From positions 24,802,001-24,866,000 of the forward strand of contig CM059433.1 of assembly GCA_030390025.1 (NCBI GenBank): a DNA stretch of 64,000 bases, given 5' to 3'. This DNA is from Squalus acanthias (lineage: Eukaryota). The stretch's first letter is position 1; every line of letters begins with the position of its first letter. Positions 25,366 to 38,075 of the stretch are shown piece after piece. The notes below the pieces were generated by a model. That model saw only the letters and a list, made by a program, of their open reading frames with translations, did no database searches and was not told where the DNA came from. The position numbers and the translations under genes are program-made.

Positions 25366-26726
25366 ACAAAACATAGAAGATAGGAGCAGGAGTAGGCTAT
25401 TCGGCCCCTCGAGCCTGCTCCGCCATTCAATGCGATCATGGCTGATCATCCAAATTCAGTACCCTGTCCCTGCTTTCTCCCCATATCCCTTGATACCTTT
25501 AGCCTTAAGAAATATATCTAACTCCTTCTTGAATATATTTAATGAATTGGCCTCAACTGCCTTCTGTGGTAGAGAATTCCACAGGTTCACCACTCTCTGG
25601 GTGAAGAAATTCCTCCTCATCTCAGTCCTAAATGGCTTACCCCTTATCCTTAGACTGTGACCCCTGGTTCTGGACTCCCCCACCATCGGGAACAGCCTTC
25701 CTGCATCTAGTCTGTCTAGTCCTGTTAGAATTTTATAAGTTTCAATGAGATCCCCTCTCATTCTTCTAAACTCTAGCGAATATAAGCCTAATCGACCCAA
25801 TCTCTCTTCATACGTCATTCCTGCCATCCCAGGTATCAGTCTGGTGAATCTTCGCTGCACTCCCTCCATGGCAAGAACATCCTTTCTCAGATAAGGCGAC
25901 CAAAACTGCACACAATACTCGAGGTATGGTCTCACCAAGGCCCTGTACAACTGCAGCAAGACATCCTTGTTCCTGTACTCGAACCCTTTCGCTATGAAGG
26001 CCAACATACCATTTGCCTTCTTAACCGCCTGCTGCACCTGCATACTTACCTTCAGCGACTGGTGCACAAGGACACCCAGGTCTCGTTGCACTTCACCTTT
26101 TCCCAATCTATTGCCGTTCAGATAATCTGTCTTCCTGTTTTTGCCATCAAAGTGGATAACCTCGCATTTATCCACATTATACTGCATCTGCCCAATCACC
26201 CAACCTGTCCAAATCATACTGGAGTTTCTCTGCATCCTCCTCACAGCACACACGCCCACCCAGCTTTGTGTCGTCTGCAAACTTGGAGATATTACATCTA
26301 GTTCCCTCGTCTAGATCATTAATATATATTGTGAATAGCTGGGGTCCTAGCACCGATCCCTGCGGTACCCCACTAGTCACTGCCTGCCACTCGGAAAAAG
26401 ACCCGTTTATTCCAACTCTTTGCTTCCTGTCTGCCAACCAGTTTTCTATCCAAGTCAGTACCTTACCCCCAATCCCGTGTGCTTTAACTTTGCACGCTAA
26501 TCTCTTATGTGGGACCTTATCGAAAGCCTTCTGAAAGTCCAAATACACCACATCCACTGGTTCTCCCTTATCTATTCTACCAGTTACATCCTCTCAAAAT
26601 TCCAGTAGATTAGTCAAGCATGATTTACCTTTTGTAAATCCATGTTGACTTTGTCCGATCCTGTCACTGTTTTCCAAGTGCTCTGCTATTACATCCTTTA
26701 TAATGACTCTTGGATTTTCCCCACTA
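25366..26726 (-). mobile_element. CR1 LINE (HER1-like, family B), 5'-truncated RT region
   Basis: [31 protein letters not shown] and RPYLEYCVQFWSP, with one frameshift near 26180. The tail is shared with the HE1 SINE. Confidence 0.95.
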
Positions 26727-28504
26727 AACCAGAGAAGGATATCAGGAAAAAAAGGCAAACAATTTAAGATAGAGAAAGCAAGATATTATTAGCGAATTTA
26801 TGTTTAATGGTGTTTTTTGCCCAGTTTGCTTTTAGTGAGGAAGATTTCCTCTGTGGGGTGTGTGCGATGAAATTGTAAATCTGTTCTTTACAAGCAGCTT
26901 TATGGTTTTGTTGAACGCATTCTTCCATTGCCATTCTGGAAAGTATCTCCGTTGTAGAACAATTTAATGTTGGTTACTGCTGCTGACATAATATTTTGTA
27001 AAGGCCACAGACAAGACACTTTTGGGAGTCTATGGCATGTCTCTGAGCCCAAAGGGTGTCGGTTCAATTCACTGTCGGATCGATCTGCCTCGTCTGGTGC
27101 ACTTGTCAGTCCTTGGCTAGAATATGTACCTCAATTATGCATTCTCAACGAGGTGGTGGGGAGAGGGATGAGTAAAAACTGACACCAGCTTGAATCACAC
27201 ATTCTTTTAGATGTTCACAGAGCAGCATTTGATTGGTTCGACCAATTCTTCCCTTCCAACTGGAAGGAGATTCACAGTGAATGGGGGAAAAATAGGGGTT
27301 TAAAAACTGATCAACTGTTGATGCTGTAGGTTTCTTCTTTAACTCTATGTATGATGAAATCATTTGATTACAATAAGAGAAGAATCTTGTGATGATGTAT
27401 AGCTCTATGCAATTTAGATTTTTTTGCTATGTTGTATGCTAATTTTAGATGAGCTTTATCATCAAGCGGGGCTGGGGGGACACATTCGGTGGGGACACTA
27501 TTTCTATTTTTCAGGACTGAGTTCAAAACCAGTCCAAGCTTGTGGGGAACGAGTCTCTTCTCTCTGGCAGCTGAGAGTAGTTCACAACACGTAACTGCCC
27601 ATAATTCAGAACCAAACTGTGCAACCTCACACAACATGGCCATGAGAAACGCATGAAATGTATCCAATGTGTCCATCTGATGCATGATGCTATTGTTAGA
27701 CTCGAGGTAAATCTGGAGAGCTCTGAACTGGAACTAATCTGTAAATATATCTGATTTGACTGGTGCTTGATGAGGATCCTAGATGCGAAGAGTGGGTAGT
27801 GTTCCATTCTTCAGCATTATCATTCCATACTTGATGAAAACAAGTCAAAGCCACTATCCTTTCTTGTTTATTAATATGATCTTAACCAACCAGAACCCAA
27901 TGTGGTTTCTTGAGGTGTAATGTAGCTGATCTCAAAATAATTTATTACCTTTAACTCTTTGAAGTGAGCAAACAGTAGACTGAATGATGGTTTGAAAAAT
28001 ATTAATGTAATGGGTGGGGGTGAAGGTTGGATTGATCTGAGCCGCCATTACATTTTCAAATAGCTTTGTCTTCTCCCGCAGCTTGCATTTAGCTTTCCTT
28101 CCATATTGTGTGGTTTTTGTTTAAAGGGTCAGACTCGCCCTCTGCAGGCATTAAATCCCTCAGCAGGGCCAATTAAGAATGGAGATGGAATATGTCTGCA
28201 GAAAACTATTGGCGTATAGTAAACTGGTTTTAAAAGTGATGCAGCAGTTATTTGAAGTGAGGATTAATTCAAAATCAAAATATTTTTTCACCTGCCTTCC
28301 ATTGTGTATAATTCTTTTGTTTTAATATTTTTAATATGTGATTATTCATGTTTGTGTTGAATGTTTCTTGTTTAAATACAATCGCCTTAATTTTAATTTT
28401 TGTTTTTTTGTTTCCTTGTGTGTATTTCAATTTTTTTCCTTAATACTTGTACCTGATTTTCTTGCTTCATCACTTCCTATCCTGATCCTAACTCTGTTCC
28501 CAAG

Positions 28505-28657
28505 ATGCCTCGGATTATCCTTACTCGCCCTTCGACTTCAGATGAGGAATTGGATCAGTTAACATTAGAACAGGATGACTATTGCTCGGAACGGTTTGAA
28601 AACCCAGAGAGCAGTGATTATTCAGACTATTTAAATAGTGCATTTTATCCCCCATAA
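28505..28657 (+). CDS. Single-PDZ gene, terminal coding exon (MPRIILTRPSTSDEELDQLT...YLNSAFYPP*)
   Basis: Pyrimidine-rich tract, cctaac branch-like site and ttcccaag|ATG acceptor. 50 codons, then TAA TGA, with AATAAA signals downstream. Confidence 0.75.
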   Translation: MPRIILTRPSTSDEELDQLTLEQDDYCSERFENPESSDYSDYLNSAFYPP

Positions 28658-29009
28658 TGAGCCCCCCTCCGTTAATGAATAAGTATTTCCCACAAAGATT
28701 CACCATTTTTCAAGTAGAAAAAAATGGCCTTATTTATTCTGTAAACCATTAGTTAAAGTGATTTGAAAGGGGGCCCTTTGCAGAGGGCGGATTTAACATC
28801 TGTGACAGTATAATGTGCAGTGACATTTTTGCGCTGCAGTGATGGTTTTCGTTTTCTGAGAGTTCGGTCATTGTATCACATATTCAAGTAACAAAAATGG
28901 AAGCTGGCAAACTAAAGAAAGCATGTGATCGACTGAACGTGGTGAAGTGCAGTGCGAACATTTTTGCACTAAATGTATGTCACTAAAGTGCCCATTTTCC
29001 TTTCAAAAC

Positions 29010-29015
29010 AATAAA
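29010..29015 (+). promoter_or_regulatory. Candidate polyadenylation signal (others at 29531, 30167, 30275)
   Basis: AATAAA about 350 bp after the stop codon. Confidence 0.4.
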
Positions 29016-29480
29016 ACCACTAGGATCTCCCACACACTGCCTTGTTTGAAACCGTGACAGACAGACCAGGAAGATCCCTGATCTGTGCTTGTTAGCAAAT
29101 CTCAGTCAGGGCAGTGCAGAGATGAGTTAGTTGGTCTCAGCCACCCGTGTGTGAGGGAAAATCTGCCTGAGTTCCTGCGCTTGATTGCTGTCTAGTGACT
29201 TTTGCTGGAAACTGTGCTATGTGCACATCAGGTGAGGACAGGATGATCTCTGCTGACGTCCCTTTTCTCCCCCCCCCCCAATCGCCCATTATCAAATAGC
29301 CTGCTGACTGTCTACGCTCACACTTGAAGAATGTCTACTATTGAGATTAGGGGAGAAAATTGAAGGGGTAAAAAAAATCCAAATCACAAGAAAAACTTAT
29401 AAGAAGGACCCCCAATAAATCTCAAAATACAAATACAGTGAGAATTGTGCACTACCCTCCATTTTTTTCATTCTGGGATA

Positions 29481-30526
29481 TTTTTACCCTTTTAATATTT
29501 CACCAAAATTGAATGTTTTTTCTTTCTTTCAATAAAATATGACCACCTAAAACAACGAGTCTGTCTTTTTTATGAAGTCATTTAAAAATGATTTCTTCTC
29601 CCAGTTATTTTTTTAAAGGTCTTCCTGCAAGTCCGTACAATACACTCCTTTGCTACAGAGCTGACAAAAATCTGTGCGTAGAGTTCATGGCAGCAGGGGA
29701 TGAGATGTGGTCCAGGATGAAAGATTTTAAAGTAAAGAAGTGAGTCACTAACATGAGGTAAACAGGTAAAATTTGCAAAATCAGGACATGAGAATCAAAG
29801 GTTGCGATTATAAACTGAAGACGGCACAAACGAAATTAGACTGACTAGAGCCTGCGTATTTAAGTACTGATTAGGTTGAAACATTTAGGAGGAAACTGGA
29901 TTCATTCCTGTTTCATCAGGAACATGGGTACGGGATAGAGGAAAGAAGAAAAATAGTCAGCTCAGGTCCTGAAAGAGGAGCTGGAGGAAGGAGCAAACTG
30001 GATGGATTGAATTAGCCTTTCTCATTCCTCTGTTCTTATGTTATAGTTTAAATCCAGCTTGTAACCAACCATGCATGTACAAACAGATGTTGGCAGCACT
30101 AAATAGCTCGCCAGATTTTTCTTTTACGAGCTCTCAGAATCGTTTTCATCGCATGAAGTAACTGAGAATAAAGGCAAAGCAACCCTCCTCCCCTGATGGT
30201 AAATGTACAAGCCTGGTGTGTTTCTTTTTTACCCTTTTTAATATTTCACCTAAATTGTTTTTTTCCCCTTTTTCAATAAAATATAACCATCTAAACAATT
30301 GGTCTGTCTTTTATAAACTCGTTTTAAAATGATTTCCTCCCCCCGGCTATGTTTAAATGTTCTTCCCGCAGCCCGTACGATAAAGTCCTTTCTTGAAGAG
30401 GCGGCGTGTGGTGTGATCCAGGATTCAAGATTTAAAAATAATGAAGTGAATCATTAACATGGAGTAAACGGGCATATTTTGCAAAATCGGGACAGGAGAA
30501 TCAAGGAACGAGATTATAAACTAAAG
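29481..30526 (+). repeat. Old local direct duplication (about 29481-29821 vs 30226-30526)
   Basis: Colinear blocks, for example ttttaatatttcacc, caataaaatat, aaaatgatttc, tccaggat..aagattt, tttgcaaaatc.ggaca.gagaatcaa and gattataaact.aaga. Confidence 0.85.
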
Positions 30527-32177
30527 AAGCTGCAAGATAAATTAAACTTAGACCAATAATTTGTCCTTACACAGCCATTAAACTCTAACATCAAAAGAAC
30601 AATGCTAATCCAGATGTAAAAAAAAAAGTAAGCATTTCAGACGACTTTTATCCCTCTTCCTGTAACTTCAAAAATATGTTTTAACACTATCGGTTTTAGG
30701 CTTGTTGGACGTTTTGGAATGCTGCTCAGTGGGCCAGGATTCAAATACACCTGCAAAAAGTGGAAATTCATAAGAGCATAGGAATTGCTGGATGAAAAAA
30801 ATGAGAAGTCGCACAACACCAGGTTATAGTCCAACAGTTTGATTTGACCACGGTCCATCTAGTTTGCCTTCTGCCATTCTGGTAGTCGCATGATGCAATG
30901 ATCGTGGAGTTGTTGACTTATGGCAATCAATCTCTATCAATTAGCCTACAACAGACCCAGAAATGACACGAGGAAAACCCCAGTAGTGGAGAGCTTTGGG
31001 AATCATAGGTCCAAAGTCACCTTTCTCCTACCAAGCATGCTACACTGACCACATGCCAGGGGTCTCATTCATATACTGTTGTACCAAATGTCAGCCATTG
31101 TGACTTTCAGATCAGGTTCATCTAATCCCTGACAGAGTTGTCAGCCGATAATATTGGAGAGCTGGGGTATCACCAGCACGTGAATGAGAAAACACAAAAG
31201 AAGAAATTCATATCTGAATGTGTAGTTATTCAGGGAATTAGACTGCTGAATTTTTAGCAATGACTCGGTGAGTAATCAAAACAAAGGCTTGTTGCTTGCT
31301 TTGGATTGAAAATAAAAAATACTTAAAAACACTTAACCCCCTTCCATTTGATTTGAGTAAAGTTGAAACTTTTTCTTGGAGTGTTTCTGCCAAAGCAGGA
31401 TTGACTCATGAAAACATCATGCAAAAATAATTCCGCCATGTACTGTCATTCCAAGTGTTTGTAATTAATGAAGCCTTTGCGAATTATTTGTCTAAGACAT
31501 AATCGGTTAGGCGCAGTCTTACACTAGACCAGCACCAACATATTACTCTCCCTGCAGAATGTAGTATACAAGGAAATGAGGATTCAATATTGTATTTTCT
31601 GGGTAGTTAAAACGATTAGGTGGCCAACAGGACAAAAGATCTTCAACCCGAGGCTTATCTAGAACTGACTGTTCTAAATTAACTTTCTAAAAAAAAAAAA
31701 GGATTTTATTTAAATAGCAAACAGAGAATAAAGACTTGTAAGTAGCACACGAGAGATCTCTGGTAAAGACCAGCCTTTCCCAGCTTTGTACATATGGTTC
31801 AAGTTACTAGTACCTGGCTACAACTTCACCTTCTCCCTGTTAGCCCTCTGTCCCTCCCCTACAGCGTGTACAGAGCCAGTGCTGGCAGACGAAAAGACTG
31901 ACAGCACCAGCTGGAACAAGAATGTGAACTGTGGCTCCGTCATGGAATAACATCACAACTAAGGATCTGATTTCACTCCAGTGGTAAGCAATCAAGAAAG
32001 TGCATGGGTGAAGCTCAAATTACACGGGACGTTGTTCAATCACAGTGACATTGCTCTTTGAACAAATGCAGCCATTATTTGGACCTCTGAACATGGGACG
32101 ACTTATAGAAAGTGATGTTCCCTTAATTTATCAGGCTGAGAGGCACTTGCAGCAGTACACAATTCATAATAAACAAT

Positions 32178-32930
32178 GCGAAGTCGATTTTAACCCTGCC
32201 CGCCCGGCAGAAACTGGATGGTGGGCAGTTAACGACAAGCAGGTTACTTACCCGCTTGGAACCCAACCCTTTGCCACCATTTCTGATTTTAACCTGTAGG
32301 CGGATGAGACACCCAGGCAAGGGGTGCAAATCAGGGACCTATTACGTCAATACAACCCCGATTGCATTTTAACTGGGGTCTGAGAAGAGATGCTGCGGCT
32401 TTCTCGCCAGGCTGAAGCAGGTCGGCAGATAGAAAAGGCCCTCTTAATGTAAGTGTGAAATTTTCCTTTGCCAGGAAGAGCAGGAGAGTTCCTACTGACT
32501 CCACAAGTAAAGTCCCAGTCTCCCCTACCCCAGACTCCCCTCCCCTCCCTCCTAAAATCCTCTCCCTGCCACTTAACTACAAACCAGCGGGCAGCTAAGG
32601 GGTCCCCAGATCTTTTCCTCCGCCAGCCCCTCTCTGCCCTCTTCCTGTCTGTTCTGGCGGGCAGTGGACCAACGGCAGTTAATTGAGGCCAGGGAGTTGA
32701 AATACCTGGGACCAGGAACTCCTCTCTCCTAAATGGAGTATTTGAATAAAATTGGAATCCCGCCATTTGTAGACCACTGCTGCGAGCAGTCATTTTTGAG
32801 GGGTGGCAGATTGATTTGCAAATTGTACTTCCTTTCCCAACCCCAGGCCCGATTTTAACTGTGGGCCAGTTTTGGGCGGGTGGATAACGGCGCGAGTTAA
32901 AATCTCACCCGCTGCTCCAGAAATGAGGCG
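32178..32930. mobile_element. MITE-like element
   Basis: Ends gattttaaccc / gagttaaaatctcaccc, repeated internal gattttaac motifs, GC-rich. Confidence 0.55.
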
Positions 32931-33276
32931 CAGGGTACTTAAACTTCCTGTCCTCATTTAAATCCCGCCGACTTCCCACCCATTTCGGAAAGTCAGCGGG
33001 AAGGGACAGAAAAACGCACAGCTTGGAGGCACTCCTGCTCCACACCACCCCCCCCCCCGGCCTCACAGGAAAGAAAACACCTGTTTGGGCCTCCTCTGGC
33101 TCCGGATCCTTTTCCCGCTGTCTTGACCTGGTTGGAAAGTCACAGCAGCTTCCCGCTCAGGCTGCCATTTAAAATGAAGTCATCGGGAAACGACCTGCAG
33201 AAGTAAAAAGGGACCCCGACAGCTGTTGGAAATGTACTTGAATCCTGTGTAACTACTAGGATATTCTGTTCTCTTA

Positions 33277-33903
33277 ATGGGAATTTTAACCCCAAAAAAC
33301 AGGCGGGTTTGGTTTGGGTGGGAGGTTAAAGTGTTAAAAATCTGGAAACCCAACCCGCACACTTCCAGTTTTAACGACGGTGGGGCAGGCAGCCAACCTG
33401 CTCCCAGGAGGCGGGTTGGCACTTTAAACATGATGAGGCTGGAAGTCTCGCATTTAACCCGATTTACAGGTTTAACTGTGGCCGGGCCTTGGGATTACTG
33501 GCAGCAGCAACGAGGTGAGGACAACCTCGAGGAGCGATCCTGTGGGCGGGGAGGAGCAGAAGTGCTTCCCTCCAGCCCCCCAAGCTCCCCCACCATCAGC
33601 AATCTCCCCCCTCCCCCCCCCCCCCCCGGTCAGGGATTGGAGCCCCCCTACCCCGGGGTCAGGGATCGGAGGTCGGACCACCCCCCCCTCGAGGTTGGGG
33701 ATCAGACCTACGTGAGGTTGCGACTTTTTGCCCAGCGTTCCCCACCTGACTGGAAGCCAGCCTGTCAATCCGGGTGGGGAAGCTGTCAGTGATGTCACAC
33801 ATACACTATTGAGTTGAAACTCCACAGCGTGCAGGGAAACCCGGACTTCTCGCGCTCCAACGAGCCCCTCCGCTCCCAACGGGTGTCCAGGTAAAAATCC
33901 CTG
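33277..33903 (+). mobile_element. MITE-like element (related partial copy at about 52255-52960)
   Basis: Ends gggaattttaacc / ggtaaaaatccc. Shares gttaaagtgttaaaaatctg..acttcc.gttttaac..cagccaacc.gctcccaggagg with 52.3 kb. Confidence 0.7.
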
Positions 33904-34626
33904 CCAATTTCTCTGAAGGTGCCAAGCACACTATCAAATGCAATATGTTCACCAATGTCTGAAACTAAACAGCACCCCAGATGGCCTCCATTGACTGCCT
34001 TGATGGGAGTGGATATTCTGTTACTTAAAAAAAAAAGAAAATATGACTAATAATGTTGAGTGAGACTTTAAATAAGATTTACTGACCTGCTCCTTTAGAG
34101 TATTGGTTAATGCTGAATGAAGCCCGATGGCAGTGAGCACTTGCTTGTCACAACAAAACATCACTATCAGAATTTCACTGTACCAGGTGTTTTACTATTT
34201 CAAGAGCTGGCAGATTGGGCATTACCAACTGACTGTTTTAAGAAATGGATAAGGTAACAATCTCAGGTTGAATTACAGTCAGTAGCTCAGATTTCGATTG
34301 CTGTATTTTTGATATTGACTCAGTCTCTCCTTCAGGTTGAGAGGCTCATTGGGCTCGATATTAACGTGGAGACGGGAACGGAGCAGGGGTAGGGGTGACG
34401 GGGGGGTGATAACAGGCGACGAACACGTCGTGGGACATGAAGGAATGTCTGATTTCAACAGGATGCCTCATTATCATTTTACTTCCAGGTTTCGTGTCTC
34501 CACTGCGCGTGAGGCGGACCCGCATGACGCGATTTCCCATCGATTATTTAAAGGGCCAGTTCACATGCAATGGTGGAGTAGGTTTGGAGTTTTGTGCATT
34601 GCCTTGAGAGAAATAGAAGCAGAGTA

Positions 34627-36440
34627 ATGGAAGGAAGGAGAGTAAAGGCTCAACGAGGCGTCCCTGGATGTACTGCTGGGTGCAGCAGGGAGGCCCTGTT
34701 TCCCAGCAATGGGGAAAAGAAACCTGAAGCCACTACACAGAAGGCGTGGCTGGATGTGGCACAAGACATCAGCAGCAGAAGCGTCATCATGCAGATATGG
34801 ATCTAGTGCAGGAAATGTTTCAATGACCTAACCAGGTCAGGATAGGTGAGCAAAGTTGCAGATTTACCTACATCCTGTAGTGCATCCCTCTCTGTCCTGT
34901 CATCTGAATGGAGTGCGCTTGACTCCTCACACCCACTTCAATTTCAGCAGCACCCATTGGTCCATTTCAGTGCACTTCCTTACCTCCCCTTTCCTCCATC
35001 CACCACTGCCACTCACCCCAGTCCTCATAATCTGATACCACCTCAGTCAGCTCCTCTGATTCTCAGTACACATCCTCAAGTAGCACTGTCAACACGTCCT
35101 CAAATGCATGCCAGTGCCACTCATGCTGCATCTGCCCGATTGTCACCCTCACCAAATGCACTGCATCCATCAGATGCACACATGCCTTACAGCCACTCAT
35201 AAGTCTGTTGTGCCACCCTTGCAGGAGACGAGCGCGCAGAATACCAGGGAGAGGGCGAGGACTGGAGGCAGAAACCCACTGATCGTGGAGCTTTACCCAG
35301 CAGAGATTACTTGGCTTTGGATATTAGCGGCACATGAGCCTCCCTGAGCATCGGAGTTGGTGAGACTGGTAGTCCATTGCTGCAGGGCGACAGACTTAAT
35401 CTCTCAGACCCACCTCTCCTACACGACAGTCATCTTGATTTGACTTCAGCACTTTAGCAAATATGATAACTTCAATCATTTGTAGTTCAACATTTGTAGA
35501 ATTTCATATCTAAATCATTCTCTCCTCCAGGGCCATCACGCGAAGAACAGGAGCCCTGCCTGGAGATGACTCAGATTCCTCAGAGGAGCTCATTCCTGCT
35601 GAGGTTGCACTGTCACAAGACACATACGTACCAGGCATCAGCGCAGATACGAACACATCGGTGGGTCCTCTCAGAGTTTGGTGGGATGTCACCTGATGAA
35701 TTGCAGTTCACAAGTGAGCACGAGCAGAGAGTGGTGACAGGGACAGTTCTGGAGAGTTTGTGTCGGAGGGTGCCGTCCTCTCCAAGCTCTGCTCAGCTGG
35801 ACAGAGATGCTGAACCTGAGGGGGGCCATCAGTGAAAAGGAGAATGAGAGGGTCAGCAACAACTGTGCGAGGTACTGGCAGTCCTGCCGGGCACACACTC
35901 CACAATGTCCCAGAGGATGGAAGAGTTCAGCTCATTTGTGGAGTGATGTTGCGAAGATACAATCTTCCATTGAGAGTCTGGCCTCCTCTATGGACGTTGA
36001 ATCACGGTGCACTGATGAGTTCCTGCAGCCCAGATAGCGGCCTTGCAAACTCTGAATGCCAACATGTCTACAGATGACACAGGCTGACAGATAGATTAGA
36101 TGTGGGATTCCAAGGTGTCACTGATCTACTCCAAGCTGCTCTCCCTCAGAGAGGCAGGAGTGATGTGCCGATGGCTCAGGAGAGGGAGGATTGGGATAAG
36201 GGAGATGAAAGTTCTATTGCCTCTTAAAGCATTTACATGCTCAATGCTGCCTCCTCTCCCACTGACTCAGTCTGCCCCGGCACAGCTGCAGTCTTTGGCG
36301 GGGGTCCTCACGGGCTCCAACACCCAGCGGTCGTTGGCCATGAGTACCTCAGAAGTCACCAGGGATCAGAGCAGCCTGTCACCACCTCTGCTGAAGCCAC
36401 AGGGATTGCAACACGTAGGAGTGCTAGAGAAAGAGAAAAG
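34627..36440 (+). pseudogene. Harbinger Myb/MADF-like gene remnant, spliced
   Basis: REALFPSNGEKKPEATTQKAWLDVAQDISSRS..W.*CRKCFNDL. Donor gtgagc at 34846, acceptors ttgcag| at 35224 (..NTRERARTGG) and ctccag| at 35530. Confidence 0.75.
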
Positions 36441-36732
36441 CTTTGTAGTACAGAAGGTATGTACATGGGCGTTTTTGAAAATTTGTTAATATATTTCATT
36501 TATTATGTCACATTAAATGTATTACTTCACACCAGATTTCCCGTGTGCCCCATTCTTGAATGATGAGTGTCAACTCTGCTTTTCATTTGTTTGCTGCTGA
36601 ATGTGAAGACATGAATTAACTGACACCAATTGGTGGATGTGGAAAGAGTGGATGGATGGTTACAGGACTTCTTGTGTAAATGGTGGCGGGGAGGCGGGGA
36701 ATGTGACGGTTACTTTGGTCCCGTGTGAGTGA

Positions 36733-37851
36733 TTAACTGATCCGTCGAACTATCAGAGCAACCTTGGCAGTTCGAGCAGCAAAGTGATCGGCTGGTCTGG
36801 TGTTGGGCGCCCCATCTTCCTCCTCTCCATTGGAATCCTCATCAGATGAAGTGACTTGTTCCTCCTGCACCTCCAGTCCTCGATGCTGCACTATGTTGTG
36901 CAGAACACAGCACACGATTATCCTGGAGTGCTGAAGGGCCCTTCCAGACCTGTCCAGGCATCTGAAGCGAGCTTCAACATGCTGATGGCTTGCTCAATGA
37001 CACACCTGATTGTCATATGACTCATGTTGTACCGCTCCTGGTGTTTATCAGTGGGTTTCCTCAGAGGTTTGAAGGGGGGTATCCTTTGTTGCCTAGCAGC
37101 CACCCCTTGAGTCTGGTTCCAGGTCTGAACATGTCGGGATGTTGGACTGTCACAGTATGAAAGCATCATGGCGGCTTCCAGGGAATCGGGCACAGACCTG
37201 CATGAACCTTTTCTTGTGGTTGCACACCAGCTGCACATTGATGGAATGAAATCCCTTGCGGTTGACGAATGCTTGTGGTTGCTCTGGGGGTGCTCGGATT
37301 ACCACGTGTGTACAGTCGATGGCACCCTGCACCTGTGGGAAGCCAGCCAGAGACTCGAATCCCAGTGCCCGCACATTCTGGCTATTGTTATCACAGGGGA
37401 AGTTTATATACCACCCAGCCCTGGCAAACAATCCGCCCATCACCTGCCTTATGCATTTATGTGCAGCCGACTGCGAGACCTTCGCTGTGTCTCCGATGGC
37501 GGCCTGGAAGGAACCAGAGGCAAAGAAATTGAGGGTGGTGGTGACTTTCACAGCCACTGGTGTAATGCGTGTCCGCCAGGTCCAGCAGGCAGCAGGTCGT
37601 CTTCTAGGAGGCTGCAGATGTCTGCGACTACCTGACAATCTCAGCCTTCGGAAGCACCGCTCCTCCAACAGGTCAAGGAAGCTGAGTCTCTGTCTGTAGA
37701 CCCTATTAGGTGGGTAGGGCCTCCTGTGAGCTCGACCCCTCTGTTGTTCCCTTCTCTGCTGGCCACCTGAAGCTCCCTCCCCAGCACGCCCTTGCTGCTG
37801 CTGATGCTCGTTCTCTTCCTCGTCCAAAGTCGAGAGCAGACATGGTGCCAC
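36733..37851 (-). pseudogene. Harbinger DDE transposase pseudogene
   Basis: GFPQVQGAIDCTH, NRKGFHSINVQLVC, FPGSRHDAFIL, LLGNKGYP, VIEQAISMLK and CCVLHN. Several frameshifts. Confidence 0.95.
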
Positions 37852-37894
37852 TTATCATGAGCTTCTCTGTGTGAACATTACATTATATATCCAC

Positions 37895-38075
37895 TTCCAT
37901 TTTGAAAGCTGCTATTGAATCTGCTTCAACCACCTTTTCAGCCAGAGCATTCCAGATCATCATAACTCGCTGAATAAAAAAAATTCTCCTCCTATCCCCT
38001 CTGGCTTTTTTGCCAATTATCTTAAATCTGTGTTTTCCGGTTACTGATCCGCCTGCCAGTGGAAACTATTTCTCA
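37895..38075 (-). mobile_element. CR1 family D fragment
   Basis: gcattccagatcat..ttgccaatta.cttaaatct matches 42470-42600. Confidence 0.75.

Larger units (their letters stand above)
34351..37851. mobile_element. Decayed autonomous-type Harbinger transposon with two convergent genes
   Basis: Myb/MADF-like gene on the + strand and transposase on the - strand. TIR-like start gggctcgatattaac; no right TIR found. Confidence 0.88.

Noticed and set aside
36733..37851. Domesticated HARBI1 gene
   Set aside because: Frameshifts, a D-to-N change at a catalytic motif, an adjacent Myb partner and multiple decayed relatives indicate a dead transposon.
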